NCBI GenBank assembly: GCA_022509225.1
Contig: JAFLTM010000001.1
Coordinates: 22,880-86,879, forward strand
Reading direction: 5' to 3'
DNA: 64,000 bases
From: Muribaculaceae bacterium
GTDB lineage: Bacteria; Bacteroidota; Bacteroidia; Bacteroidales; Muribaculaceae
How positions within the stretch are numbered: position 1 is the first letter of the stretch; every line of letters starts with the position of its first letter. The position numbers and the translations under genes were made by a program. Shown here piece by piece: positions 25,399 through 36,190 of this stretch. The notes under the pieces are model-generated. The model had not been told where the DNA came from, made no database searches, and saw nothing but the letters and a program-made list of their open reading frames with translations.

Positions 25399-27507
25399 TT
25401 ATTCCTTATCAACCGCCCCTGAATGATTTTCTGCGGTGGCGGTGGCGGTGTCCTTGTTCATCTCGGGATATCTCACCCTCGTGTGATAGATGGTGGCAAG
25501 CCTTTTTTTGAAAACCTCCTTGATTGTATCTATATCTTGGAAGGTGATTGGCGACTCCCGGAACATTCCTTCAGACATCTGACCGTTTATGATATTGTTC
25601 ACCAGTTTGTCGATTGATTCCGGCGAATAATCCTGCAATGACCGAGAGGCAGCTTCCACTGCATCTGCCATCATAAGTATGGCTGTCTCCTTTGTGTGAG
25701 GATTGGGACCCGGATAAGAGAAATCTTTTTTGTCGATTATCTTGTCGGGATTATTGTTGACTGCAGTGGTATAGAAATATTTGGCCATACCCTTTCCATG
25801 GTGCTCGAGAATAAACGATTTCACCATTGGCGGCAACTTGTGCTTGGATGCCAGGGCTGCACCCTCGGTGACATGCGACACTATTTTCTTTGCACTCGTC
25901 ACCGGGTCAAGCCCCGTATGGGGGTTGACTCCATGTTGGTTCTCAGTGTAAAAAATAGGATTCGACAATTTCCCGATGTCATGATAGAGTGCCCCTGTCC
26001 TCACAAGGGTAGTGTTAGCCCCTATGGCCCGTGCAGCCTCCGCAGCTATGGTGGAAACCTGGATCGAGTGCTGGAATGTGCCCGGAGCCTCCTCTGCAAG
26101 ACGACGCAACAACGGATTGTTGATGTCGCTTAGCTCCACCAATGTCACGGCCGATGTGAATCCGAACGTTTGTTCTATCACTAAAATCAAGACATAGGCA
26201 AAGGATAGAATGATCGAATTGATACCGAACAACGCGACTATGCGCCATGTGAATTGCGTCAGGTTGCCGTCTGTCACCAAACATAGAGCGAAAAATGTGA
26301 AGCAATAAGTTATAAATGACAAGGCTGCCGTGCGCAATAACTGCGAGCGTCTGTCGAGCTGCCAGATACTGAATGTTGCCACAAGACCCACTATGATCTC
26401 CATGAAGATGAACTGAAGTTGATAGGTGGCAACCAATGCCGACAGCAACACCGTGGCAATCAACGAGAAGATTGCTGTGCGTGAGTCAAAAAACACAAGC
26501 ACAATCACAGGCACAGCAGCAAACGGCACAACATAAAGGCCCTGCCCTATATATTCGAACATCAATATTGCGAACACTGTAAAAATCGTTATGTAGCTCA
26601 CAAGGAAGGTCATCTTCCTGATGTCGGAGAAAAATTCCGGCCGGTAAAGCCCCAGAAAGACATAGAGTATCACCAATATTATGGCTATATAGATCCCTTG
26701 CCCGATTATAAAATAGGTCTGGTCGTGATTGTCAGACTGGCGGGTCTCCAGCATTTCTTGATAGGTGTTCAGATTAGTATAGATCTGAGGAGTTATAATC
26801 TCGCCGCGGTCTACAATCCTTTGCCCGGTCTTTATAACCCCCATAGCTCCGGTGACGGTGAGATACTCCTGGTCACGGTATTTATAATCTGTGGCGGAAT
26901 CCAACACGATGTTGGGGTTAAGATAGAGGCTTATCGCTCTCGTCTGTTCCTGTGTCAACGGAGGTAGAGCCGAACTTTCCAGTGTGGTATAGACTGAATC
27001 TATATATGAATAGGCTTTCCTGGCTGTGAACATGGCAGATGCATTCAACAACTCTATCTTTTTTGACGCCTCATCTTCCCCCGACACCAGACGCACAGAA
27101 TTTCCTTTGTTTTTACCAAGCAGCTCTGTCAGATTATTATCAAGAATCCCTGCATCATAAACAGACTGAAGAAGTTTTGTGAGAAGCGCAACCTGAGAAG
27201 GTGTGGAATATTCCGTTATAACCGATGAAAATTTATAAAGATTATCATTTTGCACCACGGCATCCCTTTTCACGAAAGGCACGAAAGTCTTGTCGATACT
27301 GTCTCGCATTATCTTCACTGAAGTGGAGTCTCTTAGAATGGGAACATCGAAATCCGCTGTCAGCAACGGGTATTTCCACGGTTGATTAAGTTCATAGCTT
27401 AAACCCTTCCTTCCGGCGTGTGGCAAGATGGCAAGCAAAATGGCTATCGAACAAACCGCAAGTCCGAATCTCACAAGATTTAATTTTGAAAATATCTTTG
27501 AAAGCAT
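25399..27507 (-). CDS. 7TM-HD (HDIG) phosphohydrolase, PgpH-like cyclic-di-AMP phosphodiesterase
   Basis: Extracytoplasmic domain, seven TM helices, APGTFQHS, YHDIGK, HHG, YPGPNP and MMADAVEAASRSL. Confidence 0.9.
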   Translation of the reverse strand: MLSKIFSKLNLVRFGLAVCSIAILLAILPHAGRKGLSYELNQPWKYPLLTADFDVPILRDSTSVKIMRDSIDKTFVPFVKRDAVVQNDNLYKFSSVITEYSTPSQVALLTKLLQSVYDAGILDNNLTELLGKNKGNSVRLVSGEDEASKKIELLNASAMFTARKAYSYIDSVYTTLESSALPPLTQEQTRAISLYLNPNIVLDSATDYKYRDQEYLTVTGAMGVIKTGQRIVDRGEIITPQIYTNLNTYQEMLETRQSDNHDQTYFIIGQGIYIAIILVILYVFLGLYRPEFFSDIRKMTFLVSYITIFTVFAILMFEYIGQGLYVVPFAAVPVIVLVFFDSRTAIFSLIATVLLSALVATYQLQFIFMEIIVGLVATFSIWQLDRRSQLLRTAALSFITYCFTFFALCLVTDGNLTQFTWRIVALFGINSIILSFAYVLILVIEQTFGFTSAVTLVELSDINNPLLRRLAEEAPGTFQHSIQVSTIAAEAARAIGANTTLVRTGALYHDIGKLSNPIFYTENQHGVNPHTGLDPVTSAKKIVSHVTEGAALASKHKLPPMVKSFILEHHGKGMAKYFYTTAVNNNPDKIIDKKDFSYPGPNPHTKETAILMMADAVEAASRSLQDYSPESIDKLVNNIINGQMSEGMFRESPITFQDIDTIKEVFKKRLATIYHTRVRYPEMNKDTATATAENHSGAVDKE

Positions 27508-27512
27508 GTTTC

Positions 27513-29630
27513 CTAAGATGTCCGTTTTGCAAATTTAACACCCTTGATATCAAGCAACGACGCACAGAGATGGTCAACATGCTCCGCAGTGTCTATCTGC
27601 ACGGTCATGTCGCAATGAAACACCTCCTGCCGGGTGTCGATGTTCAATGTCCTTATATTTATGGCAAGTTTCCTCGACACCAGTTCGGTTATCTCTTCGA
27701 GAATTCCCATCCGGTCTATCCCGTCAATACTCACGGTTGCAATGAATTTCGATGCATTGCCACCCCATTTCGTCACAACAAGCCGTGAACCGTAGGCACT
27801 TTTCAGTTTCATGGCATAGGGGCAGTTAACCTTGTGGAGCACTACTTCCTCATCTTCATTCACAAATCCGAGCACATCATCTCCCGGCAGCGGTGAGCAG
27901 CATGAGTCGATATGATAATTGGGCTCGTTTTCATCAGGATAGAGTATGAAAGTCTGTTTCCTGTCGATAGGCGGCTTCGGTTTTCCCTCTCCTTTTTTCT
28001 TTGACGAGAAAGGATTCCTTAGTATCTTCCTCACAAGAGATTTCTTGTTCTCTCCCTGTTTATCCTTTTTATCGGTCCCGTTCTCTAACTTTTTGGCCTC
28101 TTCAATCAATTCAACCCCTGCTTTTCGCAAATAGGTCTTTAGTCTTGTCTTCGCCTTTGCTGTCTGGCAATATTCCATCCATTCAGGATTCGGCTCCTGA
28201 CTGTCGGAGGTGATGATCTCCACTTGGTCGCCACTCTCAAGTTGATGCGACAGTGGCACGAGCTTATGATTTATCTTTCCCGCCATGCAATGAATGCCAA
28301 GATGGGTATGGATAGCGAATGCCATGTCAAGCACCGTGGCTCCCGAAGGCAAAGTGATAAGGTCACCTTTGGGAGTGAACACATATATCTCTGATGAAAA
28401 AAGATTCAACTTTATAGTGTCGAGGAAATCTATTGCATTAGGTTCGGGATGTGCCAGAATATCCTTGATGGTGTTCATCCATGTGTCTAATTCCGTTTCA
28501 TCCTCCTGCACCCCATTCTTGTATTTCCAGTGTGCGGCGTAACCAAGCTCGGCAATCTCATCCATTTTGCGTGAGCGGATCTGCACCTCTATCCATTTAC
28601 CCTCCGGTCCCATTGCAGTGAGATGAAGCGCCCTGTAGCCGTTGGCCTTCGGTATGCTTATCCAGTCACGGAGCCGCTCGGGATGTAGCCGGTGTCCCTC
28701 CGTGAAGAATGTATAGATCTGCCAGCATTTCAGTTTTTCGAGTGCATCGTCGTCATTTTCAAATATCACCCTCACGGCATAAACGTCATATATCTCCTCG
28801 AACGGTATCTTTTTATTCTCCATCTTGTTGAAGATGGAATAAGCGCTCTTCACCCTCGCTTTTATCTCATATTTGAATCCCGCTTCATCGAGCATCTTTT
28901 TCACCGGCCTCACAAATTCCTCCACTATCTCTTCGCGATGCTCTTCCGTTTCACTGAGTTTTTCGATGATTTCATTATATTTCTGAGGGTGCTCGTAACG
29001 GAATGCAAGGTCCTCCAGCTCCCGCTTAATCTTGCTGAGGCCAAGCCGATGCGCCAAAGGGGCATAGACATAAAGCGTCTCGCCGGCTATCTTGTATTGT
29101 TTCTCCGGTCGCATCGAGCCCAAGGTGCGCATATTGTGCAGCCTGTCGGCCATCTTCAACAATATCACCCGGATGTCGGTCGACATTGACAGCAAAAGCT
29201 TCCTGAAATTTTCAGCCTGAACAGAGGCTTTGTCTCCGAATATACCACCGGAAATCTTGGTTACACCCTCCACTATATCGGCAATCTTCTTACCGAAGCT
29301 CCTCTCTATATCCTCCTTTGTATAGTCGGTGTCTTCCACCACATCATGCAACAGTGCTGCACATATAGATGTGGAGCCGAGTCCCAGCTCCTCCACCACT
29401 ATACGGGCCACGGCGATGGGATGCAGGATATAGGGCTCGCCGCTTCGTCTGCGTGTGCCTTTGTGGGCTTCCTTCGCAAACTTGAAGGCGCGCTCTATTA
29501 TCTCCACATGCTTGCGGTGGTTGCTGTTGACATAGCAGTTCATTAATTCCCGGAACGCTGCGTCAACTGTCCTCTCTTCCTCCGTTTGAACCGTGGTCGC
29601 TATGTAGGGTGTGTAATTCACTAATTTCAA
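27513..29630 (-). CDS. relA: Bifunctional (p)ppGpp synthetase/hydrolase (RelA/SpoT homologue)
   Basis: RRSGEPYILHP, HDVVED, ADRLHNMRT, PKANGY, EVQIR, TGS (VFTPKG) and ACT domains. Confidence 0.96.
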   Translation of the reverse strand: MKLVNYTPYIATTVQTEEERTVDAAFRELMNCYVNSNHRKHVEIIERAFKFAKEAHKGTRRRSGEPYILHPIAVARIVVEELGLGSTSICAALLHDVVEDTDYTKEDIERSFGKKIADIVEGVTKISGGIFGDKASVQAENFRKLLLSMSTDIRVILLKMADRLHNMRTLGSMRPEKQYKIAGETLYVYAPLAHRLGLSKIKRELEDLAFRYEHPQKYNEIIEKLSETEEHREEIVEEFVRPVKKMLDEAGFKYEIKARVKSAYSIFNKMENKKIPFEEIYDVYAVRVIFENDDDALEKLKCWQIYTFFTEGHRLHPERLRDWISIPKANGYRALHLTAMGPEGKWIEVQIRSRKMDEIAELGYAAHWKYKNGVQEDETELDTWMNTIKDILAHPEPNAIDFLDTIKLNLFSSEIYVFTPKGDLITLPSGATVLDMAFAIHTHLGIHCMAGKINHKLVPLSHQLESGDQVEIITSDSQEPNPEWMEYCQTAKAKTRLKTYLRKAGVELIEEAKKLENGTDKKDKQGENKKSLVRKILRNPFSSKKKGEGKPKPPIDRKQTFILYPDENEPNYHIDSCCSPLPGDDVLGFVNEDEEVVLHKVNCPYAMKLKSAYGSRLVVTKWGGNASKFIATVSIDGIDRMGILEEITELVSRKLAINIRTLNIDTRQEVFHCDMTVQIDTAEHVDHLCASLLDIKGVKFAKRTS

Positions 29631-29645
29631 AATTAATCATTATGA

Positions 29646-30146
29646 CTAACAAAAGCAAAACTCTGCACGAAGGTTAGCCATCTCTATTGCCGCGGCAGCC
29701 GCTTCCGCACCCTTGTTGCCAAGCTTGCCGCCCGCCCTCTCCTCTGCCTGTGAGAGATCGTTGACTGTGAGCACTCCGAATATCACGGCGGGACCACCTT
29801 CCGCATTCAGAACCGCCACACCCTGTGCCGCAGTCTGACAGACATAATCGAAATGAGGTGTGTCACCGCGTATCACGCAACCCAGCACTATCACTGAGGC
29901 AGCTAAGCCGCTTTTAACCGCCAGGGCAGCTGCGTTCACAAGCTCAACTGTGCCGGGAACCTTTATCATTTCTATCGAGGCTTCGTCAACCCCTCCGGCT
30001 TTCAGTGTGGCGATCGCCCCGTCGCGTAAGGAATGGGTGATCCGGGAATTCCATTCCGCCGTTACCACATAAAATTTCCCTTTAACCTTATCTTTTACCT
30101 TGGGCACGGCAAAACTGTCGCCGTTAGTGTTAAGTATGGTGGACAT
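29646..30146 (-). CDS. ribH: 6,7-dimethyl-8-ribityllumazine synthase
   Basis: AEWN, VPGTVEL, GCVIRGDTPHFDYVC, FGVLT and GNKGAEAA. Confidence 0.96.
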   Translation of the reverse strand: MSTILNTNGDSFAVPKVKDKVKGKFYVVTAEWNSRITHSLRDGAIATLKAGGVDEASIEMIKVPGTVELVNAAALAVKSGLAASVIVLGCVIRGDTPHFDYVCQTAAQGVAVLNAEGGPAVIFGVLTVNDLSQAEERAGGKLGNKGAEAAAAAIEMANLRAEFCFC

Positions 30147-30150
30147 GCTG

Positions 30151-31005
30151 CTATTTTTTATTTGTTTTCAATTTCACGGCCGTGGTGATCTTGTGCAAGA
30201 AAAGACGCCATTTCTTTTCCGGCTCACCGCTGTTCTCGATAATTTCCAGCAACGATTCTATATTTTTTACCGACTGTGACTCGGAAAGGCTCTCCGCATG
30301 AGGAAGAATAGCCTCCAGAAGCCTTTTTGCCCGTGGCTGCATCACTCGCAGGCGCATCATTACCTCCGCCATCTCTATCGTGAGCTTTATCTCTTTGGCT
30401 GTTACCTTACCCGTGCGTTTTTTTGAATATTTGATCGCCTCGGCATAGAATTTCAAGGCCTCTCTGATATCTCCCGTCGAAGCCAACAATTGGCCGGTGG
30501 TGCGCAGGCTTTCAACAAGCCTGTCGGTTGCAGCTGTCAAGCCTGATTTCACTTTGTCATAAAGCGTCTCCATGGTGATCTGCTGTTTCACCAGAAGATC
30601 CAACGCCTTTTTCCTTGACCTCAATATCCTGGTAGAGAGTTCCATTGCCATGATATGATACGGTCCGAACCTTTCCTCGTCGGTCTTTATCAAAATATCA
30701 AGCATTTTAAACAGAACATCAAGCTCTTTCTCGCTTTGTTTATAGTTTTTAAGGCAATAGTGTATCTCTGCAAGATCGAACAATAAGGCTACAAAAAGTA
30801 TCCTGAATTCAGGGTTTGTGAATTCCGGATATTCCCTCATTATCCTTAGGGCCGCAACCGTGCGTTCCATTGCTTCGAGATATTCATCCCTTTTTATGAA
30901 TTCACCCGCCTCTTTTCTGGCTTCCAGAGCATTTTTCAATATCTCGGCATTTTCACCGTTCATGCCCGGTGCATCAATTTTTAATGTCAGTTCTATCTGT
31001 GTCAT
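30151..31005 (-). CDS. TPR-like all-helical hypothetical protein
   Basis: 284 aa with TPR-like patterns (LAEIHYCLKNYKQS; GQLLASTGDIREALKFYAEAI), embedded in the operon. Confidence 0.6.
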   Translation of the reverse strand: MTQIELTLKIDAPGMNGENAEILKNALEARKEAGEFIKRDEYLEAMERTVAALRIMREYPEFTNPEFRILFVALLFDLAEIHYCLKNYKQSEKELDVLFKMLDILIKTDEERFGPYHIMAMELSTRILRSRKKALDLLVKQQITMETLYDKVKSGLTAATDRLVESLRTTGQLLASTGDIREALKFYAEAIKYSKKRTGKVTAKEIKLTIEMAEVMMRLRVMQPRAKRLLEAILPHAESLSESQSVKNIESLLEIIENSGEPEKKWRLFLHKITTAVKLKTNKK

Positions 31006-31016
31006 CAGTCTCTTTT

Positions 31017-31445
31017 TTATTCATTGGCCAATTTTTCCCGCCATTCCTCACTGAGAGGAGCTGCAGTCTGGGTTGTGGGATCGAATGAAACCATCACCGT
31101 CTCGCACATAGACTTCACCTGTCCGGTGTCTGCATTACGTATCATCTGTAATAATTTGAAACTTTTCTCATGAACGGATATGCATCGGGTGAGCACCTCT
31201 ATGTTTTCTCCATAAAATATAGGGGCGATAAACGCACAGTCAATATTCGCGATAACCGTATCTACATCTTTCCATCTTATCTGCCTGCCCAAAGTCCTGG
31301 TCATGAAAGATGCCTTCCCGGTGTCATAGAATGCCATGTAAACCATATTGTTAACATGTCCCAATACATCTACGTCGCTGAAGCGTATCTGAAGTGGTGT
31401 CCGGTCTTTAAATATTTCCGGTGACGGGATCTCTGTTGGATTCAT
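31017..31445 (-). CDS. Acyl-CoA thioesterase (4HBT/YbgC family)
   Basis: IRFSDVDVLGHVNN hot-dog fold motif. Confidence 0.92.
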   Translation of the reverse strand: MNPTEIPSPEIFKDRTPLQIRFSDVDVLGHVNNMVYMAFYDTGKASFMTRTLGRQIRWKDVDTVIANIDCAFIAPIFYGENIEVLTRCISVHEKSFKLLQMIRNADTGQVKSMCETVMVSFDPTTQTAAPLSEEWREKLANE

Positions 31446-31735
31446 GATACGAATCTTATCTCTTTTATTGTTTCTTTACCTATCAGTTCGTTTATTATTT
31501 CTTTAAGTCGGGTTCGGTTGATATAGAGCTCCTGCCGCAGGCAGGCATTTGCCACCCCTACCGTCATAACCCCACTCTTTACCGTGGGTTTACCACATCG
31601 CGAGGCTATCTCCCTGCCCGTTACTTTCTCCCATAGGCGCACGGCATTGAGTTCATCCATCCTGCTCCGGAGAAAACTCTCGTCAAGCAAATCTCGCAAC
31701 ACGTCGCCTATGCTTTGAGGATCCTTTCTTTCCAT
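31442..31735 (-). CDS. DUF721/DciA family protein
   Basis: W..VTG..IA and LRQEL motifs; directly downstream of recF. Confidence 0.88.
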   Translation of the reverse strand: MERKDPQSIGDVLRDLLDESFLRSRMDELNAVRLWEKVTGREIASRCGKPTVKSGVMTVGVANACLRQELYINRTRLKEIINELIGKETIKEIRFVS

Positions 31736-31736
31736 A

Positions 31737-32843
31737 TCAGGCCAAACCTACTGTTGTGAAATTACCATCGGTTACATTTATCAAAGTCTTTTCTCCCTCA
31801 ATATCCGACAGGATGTCGTCAAGATGCTTCCGGTTGGTGTCGGTTATGAAGATCTGCCCGAAATTCCCGGTTGTGCTCACCTCTTTCATTATATTGCCCA
31901 CACGCTCCGAATCAAGCTTGTCGAATATATCGTCGAGAAGAAGGAGAGGTGTCACTCCTTTTTTATCTTTCAGATACCTGTAGATTGCCAGACGCAACGC
32001 CACCGCAAACGTTTTCAACTGCCCCTGGCTTCCGATATGCTTCAAGCTGTAGCCGTCGAGTGTGACATCCATGTCATCTCGGTGGATTCCTCCTGAAGTA
32101 AAACCCAATATCTGGTCTTTCTGCCTTCTGGAATCAAGCACACTCTGCATGTCCGACCCGTTAAGCTGGCTCCTATAATTAATGGTTGTCTTTTCCCTGT
32201 TGCCTGAAATCACTGCATATATATCTTCCACAACAGGGGTGATATCCCTAACCCATTCTCCCCGGATGGAATGGATTTGTGCTGCCGTCTCCGCCATTGA
32301 CACCTCTATAGATTCATACAGAAGCGCGTCTTTCAATCCGGCCCTCAACATTTTATTGCGACTGTCTAATGCCCTGTTATAGCGTATCAATGAGGCAAGG
32401 TAACCCGGATTGGCCTGGGATATCACCATATCCATAAGTTTACGTCTTTCCTCCCCACCCCCTGAAATAATCCGCGTGTCGTCGGGTATAACTGTCACTA
32501 TCGGGTAATTCCCTATATGTTCCGACAACCTTCCATATTCTTTGCCGTTTCTTTTCAAGCTCTTCCGTTTTCCACGTGCTATTCCGCAGGAGATCGTGTC
32601 GTCACCCCCCGCCTCGGTGTGAAAAAATCCTTTCACCAGCATCATGTCACTTCCATGCCTTATCAAGCTTGAATCTGCCACTGACGACATAGGCCTCGCC
32701 ATGCTCAGCAGATGTATGGCGTCAAGAAGATTTGTCTTGCCCATGCCGTTCATCCCAAGCAGGCAATTCACACCGGGGGAAAACTCAAGCGTTGCCCCCT
32801 CTATATTTTTGAAATTCAGAATCTCTATCCCTTTTAGATTCAT
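31737..32843 (-). CDS. recF: DNA replication/repair protein RecF
   Basis: GMNGMGKTN, GIHRDD, GSQGQ and LLLLDDIFDKLD. Confidence 0.97.
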   Translation of the reverse strand: MNLKGIEILNFKNIEGATLEFSPGVNCLLGMNGMGKTNLLDAIHLLSMARPMSSVADSSLIRHGSDMMLVKGFFHTEAGGDDTISCGIARGKRKSLKRNGKEYGRLSEHIGNYPIVTVIPDDTRIISGGGEERRKLMDMVISQANPGYLASLIRYNRALDSRNKMLRAGLKDALLYESIEVSMAETAAQIHSIRGEWVRDITPVVEDIYAVISGNREKTTINYRSQLNGSDMQSVLDSRRQKDQILGFTSGGIHRDDMDVTLDGYSLKHIGSQGQLKTFAVALRLAIYRYLKDKKGVTPLLLLDDIFDKLDSERVGNIMKEVSTTGNFGQIFITDTNRKHLDDILSDIEGEKTLINVTDGNFTTVGLA

Positions 32844-33499
32844 AACTTCTCTCCAAATGCAAGGTCTCCGGCATCTCCCAGTCCCGGCAATATGTAACTG
32901 TGTTCATTGATTGCGGGATCTATGGCACCAACCCATATCGTGGTCTTATCCTCAGGAAATTTTTCCTGCACGTATCCTATTGCCTGTCTGGAGGCTATCA
33001 CCGAGGCTATATGAATGTGTTTAGGGGTTCCGTTGGTCAGCAATGCCTTGTAACCCAATTCCATGGAACTTCCTGTGGCAAGCATCGGATCTATCAGGAC
33101 AAGAGTCTTCCCCTCGATCGAAGGCGATGCCATATATTCTATCAGAACGTCGAAACTATCCCCCTTCTCTTTATATTTCCTGTAGGCGCTGACAAAGGCG
33201 TTCTCCGCTCGGTCAAAATAGTTTAGAAACCCGTGATGAAAGGGTAATCCGGCCCTTAGAATGGTGGCAAGAACCACCTTGCTGTCAATCTCTTTAACAT
33301 CAATCGTCCCTAAGGGAGTGGTGATTGTCTCATCCCTGTATTCAAGTCTTTTTGATATCTCATAGGCCATTATCTCTCCTATCCTTTCAAGATTCCTCCT
33401 GAACCTCATAGGGTCTCCCTGAATACTGACATCACGCAACTCCCGTAAATATCTCCCTGCCAGACTGGGCGTTGAGTCAAAATTTATAATCTCAATCAT
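32840..33499 (-). CDS. upp: Uracil phosphoribosyltransferase
   Basis: ILRAG, DPMLATG and YILPGLGDAGD. Confidence 0.97.
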   Translation of the reverse strand: MIEIINFDSTPSLAGRYLRELRDVSIQGDPMRFRRNLERIGEIMAYEISKRLEYRDETITTPLGTIDVKEIDSKVVLATILRAGLPFHHGFLNYFDRAENAFVSAYRKYKEKGDSFDVLIEYMASPSIEGKTLVLIDPMLATGSSMELGYKALLTNGTPKHIHIASVIASRQAIGYVQEKFPEDKTTIWVGAIDPAINEHSYILPGLGDAGDLAFGEKL

Positions 33500-33507
33500 A
33501 TTCTTGA

Positions 33508-34383
33508 TTATTTTCCTAACAAATCAGTCACTTCCTCCTTGTCATGTCGCAACTGTTCTTTCAATTCTTCAATCGAACCGAACTGTTTTTCATCACGCAA
33601 CCGTTTCACGAACCTTATGGAAATCTGTTTTCCGTAAAGATCTCCTTCCCACCCTATCAGATGAGCCTCTATCACTATGTCGTTACCCCTTTTTACCGTG
33701 GGACGAGTGCCTATATTCACCATGGCAGGATAAACCTTACCGTCAGGCGCCTTCACTCTCGCTGCATAAACTCCGGATGCCGGGATTGCAATATCCGGAT
33801 CAGGTTTAACATTCGCAGTCGGAAATCCAATCGTATGCCCCAGACTGTTACCTTTTTCAACCTTTCCCCTTAATGAGTAGGTGCGTCCCAACATCTCTGC
33901 AGCTTTTTCCATCTCTCCGTTTCCAACGGCTTTTCTTATTGCAGAACTGCTGACATTTTTTAGTTCCGGAGCCACTACCAGATTTATGCCGTTTTTCTCT
34001 GCCAACTGCCGGTAGTCGTTCATCGACAGATTCACCCCGTCACTCCCGAATGTGGAATCATAGCCTATCACAAGGGTTTCCACATCAAATTTGTCATGGA
34101 GAATCCCGAGCCATTCGTCGGCTTTCTTGCTTCTCAGCTCTTCATCAAATTCAAGCACTAAGGGTTTAACACCTGCCTGTTCCAAGAGCTTTACCTTTTT
34201 TCCTGTAGGAGTTAGGGTGCGGGGGAGTCTTGATGGATCTATCAGCGACAAAGGATGATTAGAAAAGGTAATGGCCACCGGCAGAAGATTATTCCGCAAC
34301 CCCACATCCACAAGAGTATCCAGCACAGAGCGGTGACCCCGGTGCACTCCGTCGAATGTCCCTATGGCAGCCACCTTCTTCAT
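33508..34383 (-). CDS. ribF: Bifunctional riboflavin kinase/FAD synthetase
   Basis: GTFDGVHRGH, VSSSAIR, GFPTAN, NIGTRPT and IEAH. Confidence 0.97.
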   Translation of the reverse strand: MKKVAAIGTFDGVHRGHRSVLDTLVDVGLRNNLLPVAITFSNHPLSLIDPSRLPRTLTPTGKKVKLLEQAGVKPLVLEFDEELRSKKADEWLGILHDKFDVETLVIGYDSTFGSDGVNLSMNDYRQLAEKNGINLVVAPELKNVSSSAIRKAVGNGEMEKAAEMLGRTYSLRGKVEKGNSLGHTIGFPTANVKPDPDIAIPASGVYAARVKAPDGKVYPAMVNIGTRPTVKRGNDIVIEAHLIGWEGDLYGKQISIRFVKRLRDEKQFGSIEELKEQLRHDKEEVTDLLGK

Positions 34384-35036
34384 CTAATGGCCTCCCCGTT
34401 AAGTATTCTTTTGCATATCTCCATAAATGAGTCATCTCCTTCAGCTTTAACCTGCAGTGCCGTTAGACCTACACTTTCAGCCCCCTTGCAGTTGGCCTCG
34501 GAGTCATCAAGCATTAGGGTTTCAGATGCATCAAGCCCGTATCTCGATATCAGATTCTTGAAAATCTTCGGGTCGGGCTTGCAGATGCGTTCCTGATAGG
34601 AAACCACGATCCCGTCGAAATAATCGTTGATTGATTTGCCCCTATTTCTGAACGCATTGTCTATCCAGTGGTTATACATCAACGGATTTGTGTTTGACAG
34701 AACATACAATCTGAACCCTTTCTTTCGGAGCGCATCCAGCATGTCAAGACGTTCCGGCGGAATCTCTCTCAAAAATTCTTCAAATGCATCCCTTATGTCG
34801 GTGCATGTAGTCCCTTGCGTGCAATGCGGCAGGAAGATGTCAAAAAGCTCCGATTCAGAAATCTGACCCGTCTCAAGCATGAGAAAGGGTCCCTGCTGGG
34901 CATATTCCCCCAAAAGGGCCGAGGCATCTTTCAGACCCAGACGGTCAAGCGCATCAATCGCATCCCTCCGGTCAAGATCGATGATAACCCCTCCAAGATC
35001 GAAAATTATATTTTTGATCTCTTTCATTACAATCAT
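34380..35036 (-). CDS. HAD family phosphatase (YihX-like)
   Basis: FDLGGV, LSNTN, KPDPKIF and LDDS motifs. The start is probably 35036 or 35027, because a -7 box lies at 35073-35080. Confidence 0.9.
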   Translation of the reverse strand: MIVMKEIKNIIFDLGGVIIDLDRRDAIDALDRLGLKDASALLGEYAQQGPFLMLETGQISESELFDIFLPHCTQGTTCTDIRDAFEEFLREIPPERLDMLDALRKKGFRLYVLSNTNPLMYNHWIDNAFRNRGKSINDYFDGIVVSYQERICKPDPKIFKNLISRYGLDASETLMLDDSEANCKGAESVGLTALQVKAEGDDSFMEICKRILNGEAIR

Positions 35037-35142
35037 TTTTTCGTCTCTCGATTCTCTCGCATGTAGCTTTAGCAAATTTAACCATTTTTTTTGTCACAAC
35101 GGCCAAAATCCTTAACTTTGTCAATACCCAAAAACAAAATAT

Positions 35143-36138
35143 ATGAAAGAGAAAGAAAACGTTAGACAAAGAGCTGTAGGGATATTGACTTCCGGAGGTG
35201 ACGCTCCAGGTATGAATGCCGCAATACGTGCCGTGACAAGAGCGGCTATCGTGGCCGGATTCAAGGTTTACGGCATCATGAGGGGCTACAAAGGCCTTAT
35301 AACCGATGAAATCCAGCAGTTCTCCACACAAAATGTTTCAAATATAATCCAACGTGGAGGCACTATCCTGAAGACCGCGCGCTGTAAGGAATTCACCACA
35401 CCGGAGGGAAGGCAATGCGCCTACGACGTTTTGCAACGTCACGGAATAGACTGCCTCGTGGTGATCGGTGGAGACGGCTCTCTTACCGGAGCCCGGATCT
35501 TCGCCAATGAATTCAATTTCCAGGTTGTGGGTCTCCCGGGCACTATCGACAACGACCTCTATGGCACTGACTCAACCATAGGGTATGACACCGCACTGAA
35601 CACAATCATGGATTGTGTCGACAAGATACGCGACACCGCAACCTCCCATGAACGCCTGTTCTTTATCGAGGTCATGGGTCGTGATGCCGGATTCCTTGCA
35701 CTTAACGGCGCAATCGCTGCCGGTGCCGAAGCTGCTATCATTCCTGAAATAGCAACCCAGGTGGAACAACTTGACGAACTTATTGCCAACGGCTTCAGAA
35801 AATCTAAAAACTCATCCATAGTGCTTGTGGCAGAGTCTCCTCAAACCGGTGGCGCAATGGGTCTTGCCGAACGTGTGAAACAAAAGTATCCCGACTATGA
35901 TGTCAGGGTTACGATTCTGGGACATCTCCAACGTGGCGGTTCTCCCACCGCTTTCGACCGCATTCTTGCTTCAAGAATGGGAGCCGCCGCTGTCGACGCC
36001 TTGCTCGACGACCAACGGAACGTCATGGTGGGCATCAAAAATGATGAAATTGTCTATGTGCCTTTCACTAAGGCTATCAAGAACGACAAGCCAATCAACA
36101 GCGAATTGATGAACACCCTCCGTCGTCTTTCAATTTAA
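35143..36138 (+). CDS. pfkA: 6-phosphofructokinase
   Basis: [27 protein letters not shown] and LGHLQRGG; -7 box TAACTTTG at 35113-35120. Confidence 0.98.
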   Translation: MKEKENVRQRAVGILTSGGDAPGMNAAIRAVTRAAIVAGFKVYGIMRGYKGLITDEIQQFSTQNVSNIIQRGGTILKTARCKEFTTPEGRQCAYDVLQRHGIDCLVVIGGDGSLTGARIFANEFNFQVVGLPGTIDNDLYGTDSTIGYDTALNTIMDCVDKIRDTATSHERLFFIEVMGRDAGFLALNGAIAAGAEAAIIPEIATQVEQLDELIANGFRKSKNSSIVLVAESPQTGGAMGLAERVKQKYPDYDVRVTILGHLQRGGSPTAFDRILASRMGAAAVDALLDDQRNVMVGIKNDEIVYVPFTKAIKNDKPINSELMNTLRRLSI

Positions 36139-36190
36139 TTCCTTATAAGAGACTCCATTCCGGATTCTCTTTTAACCAATTTTCAAACTA

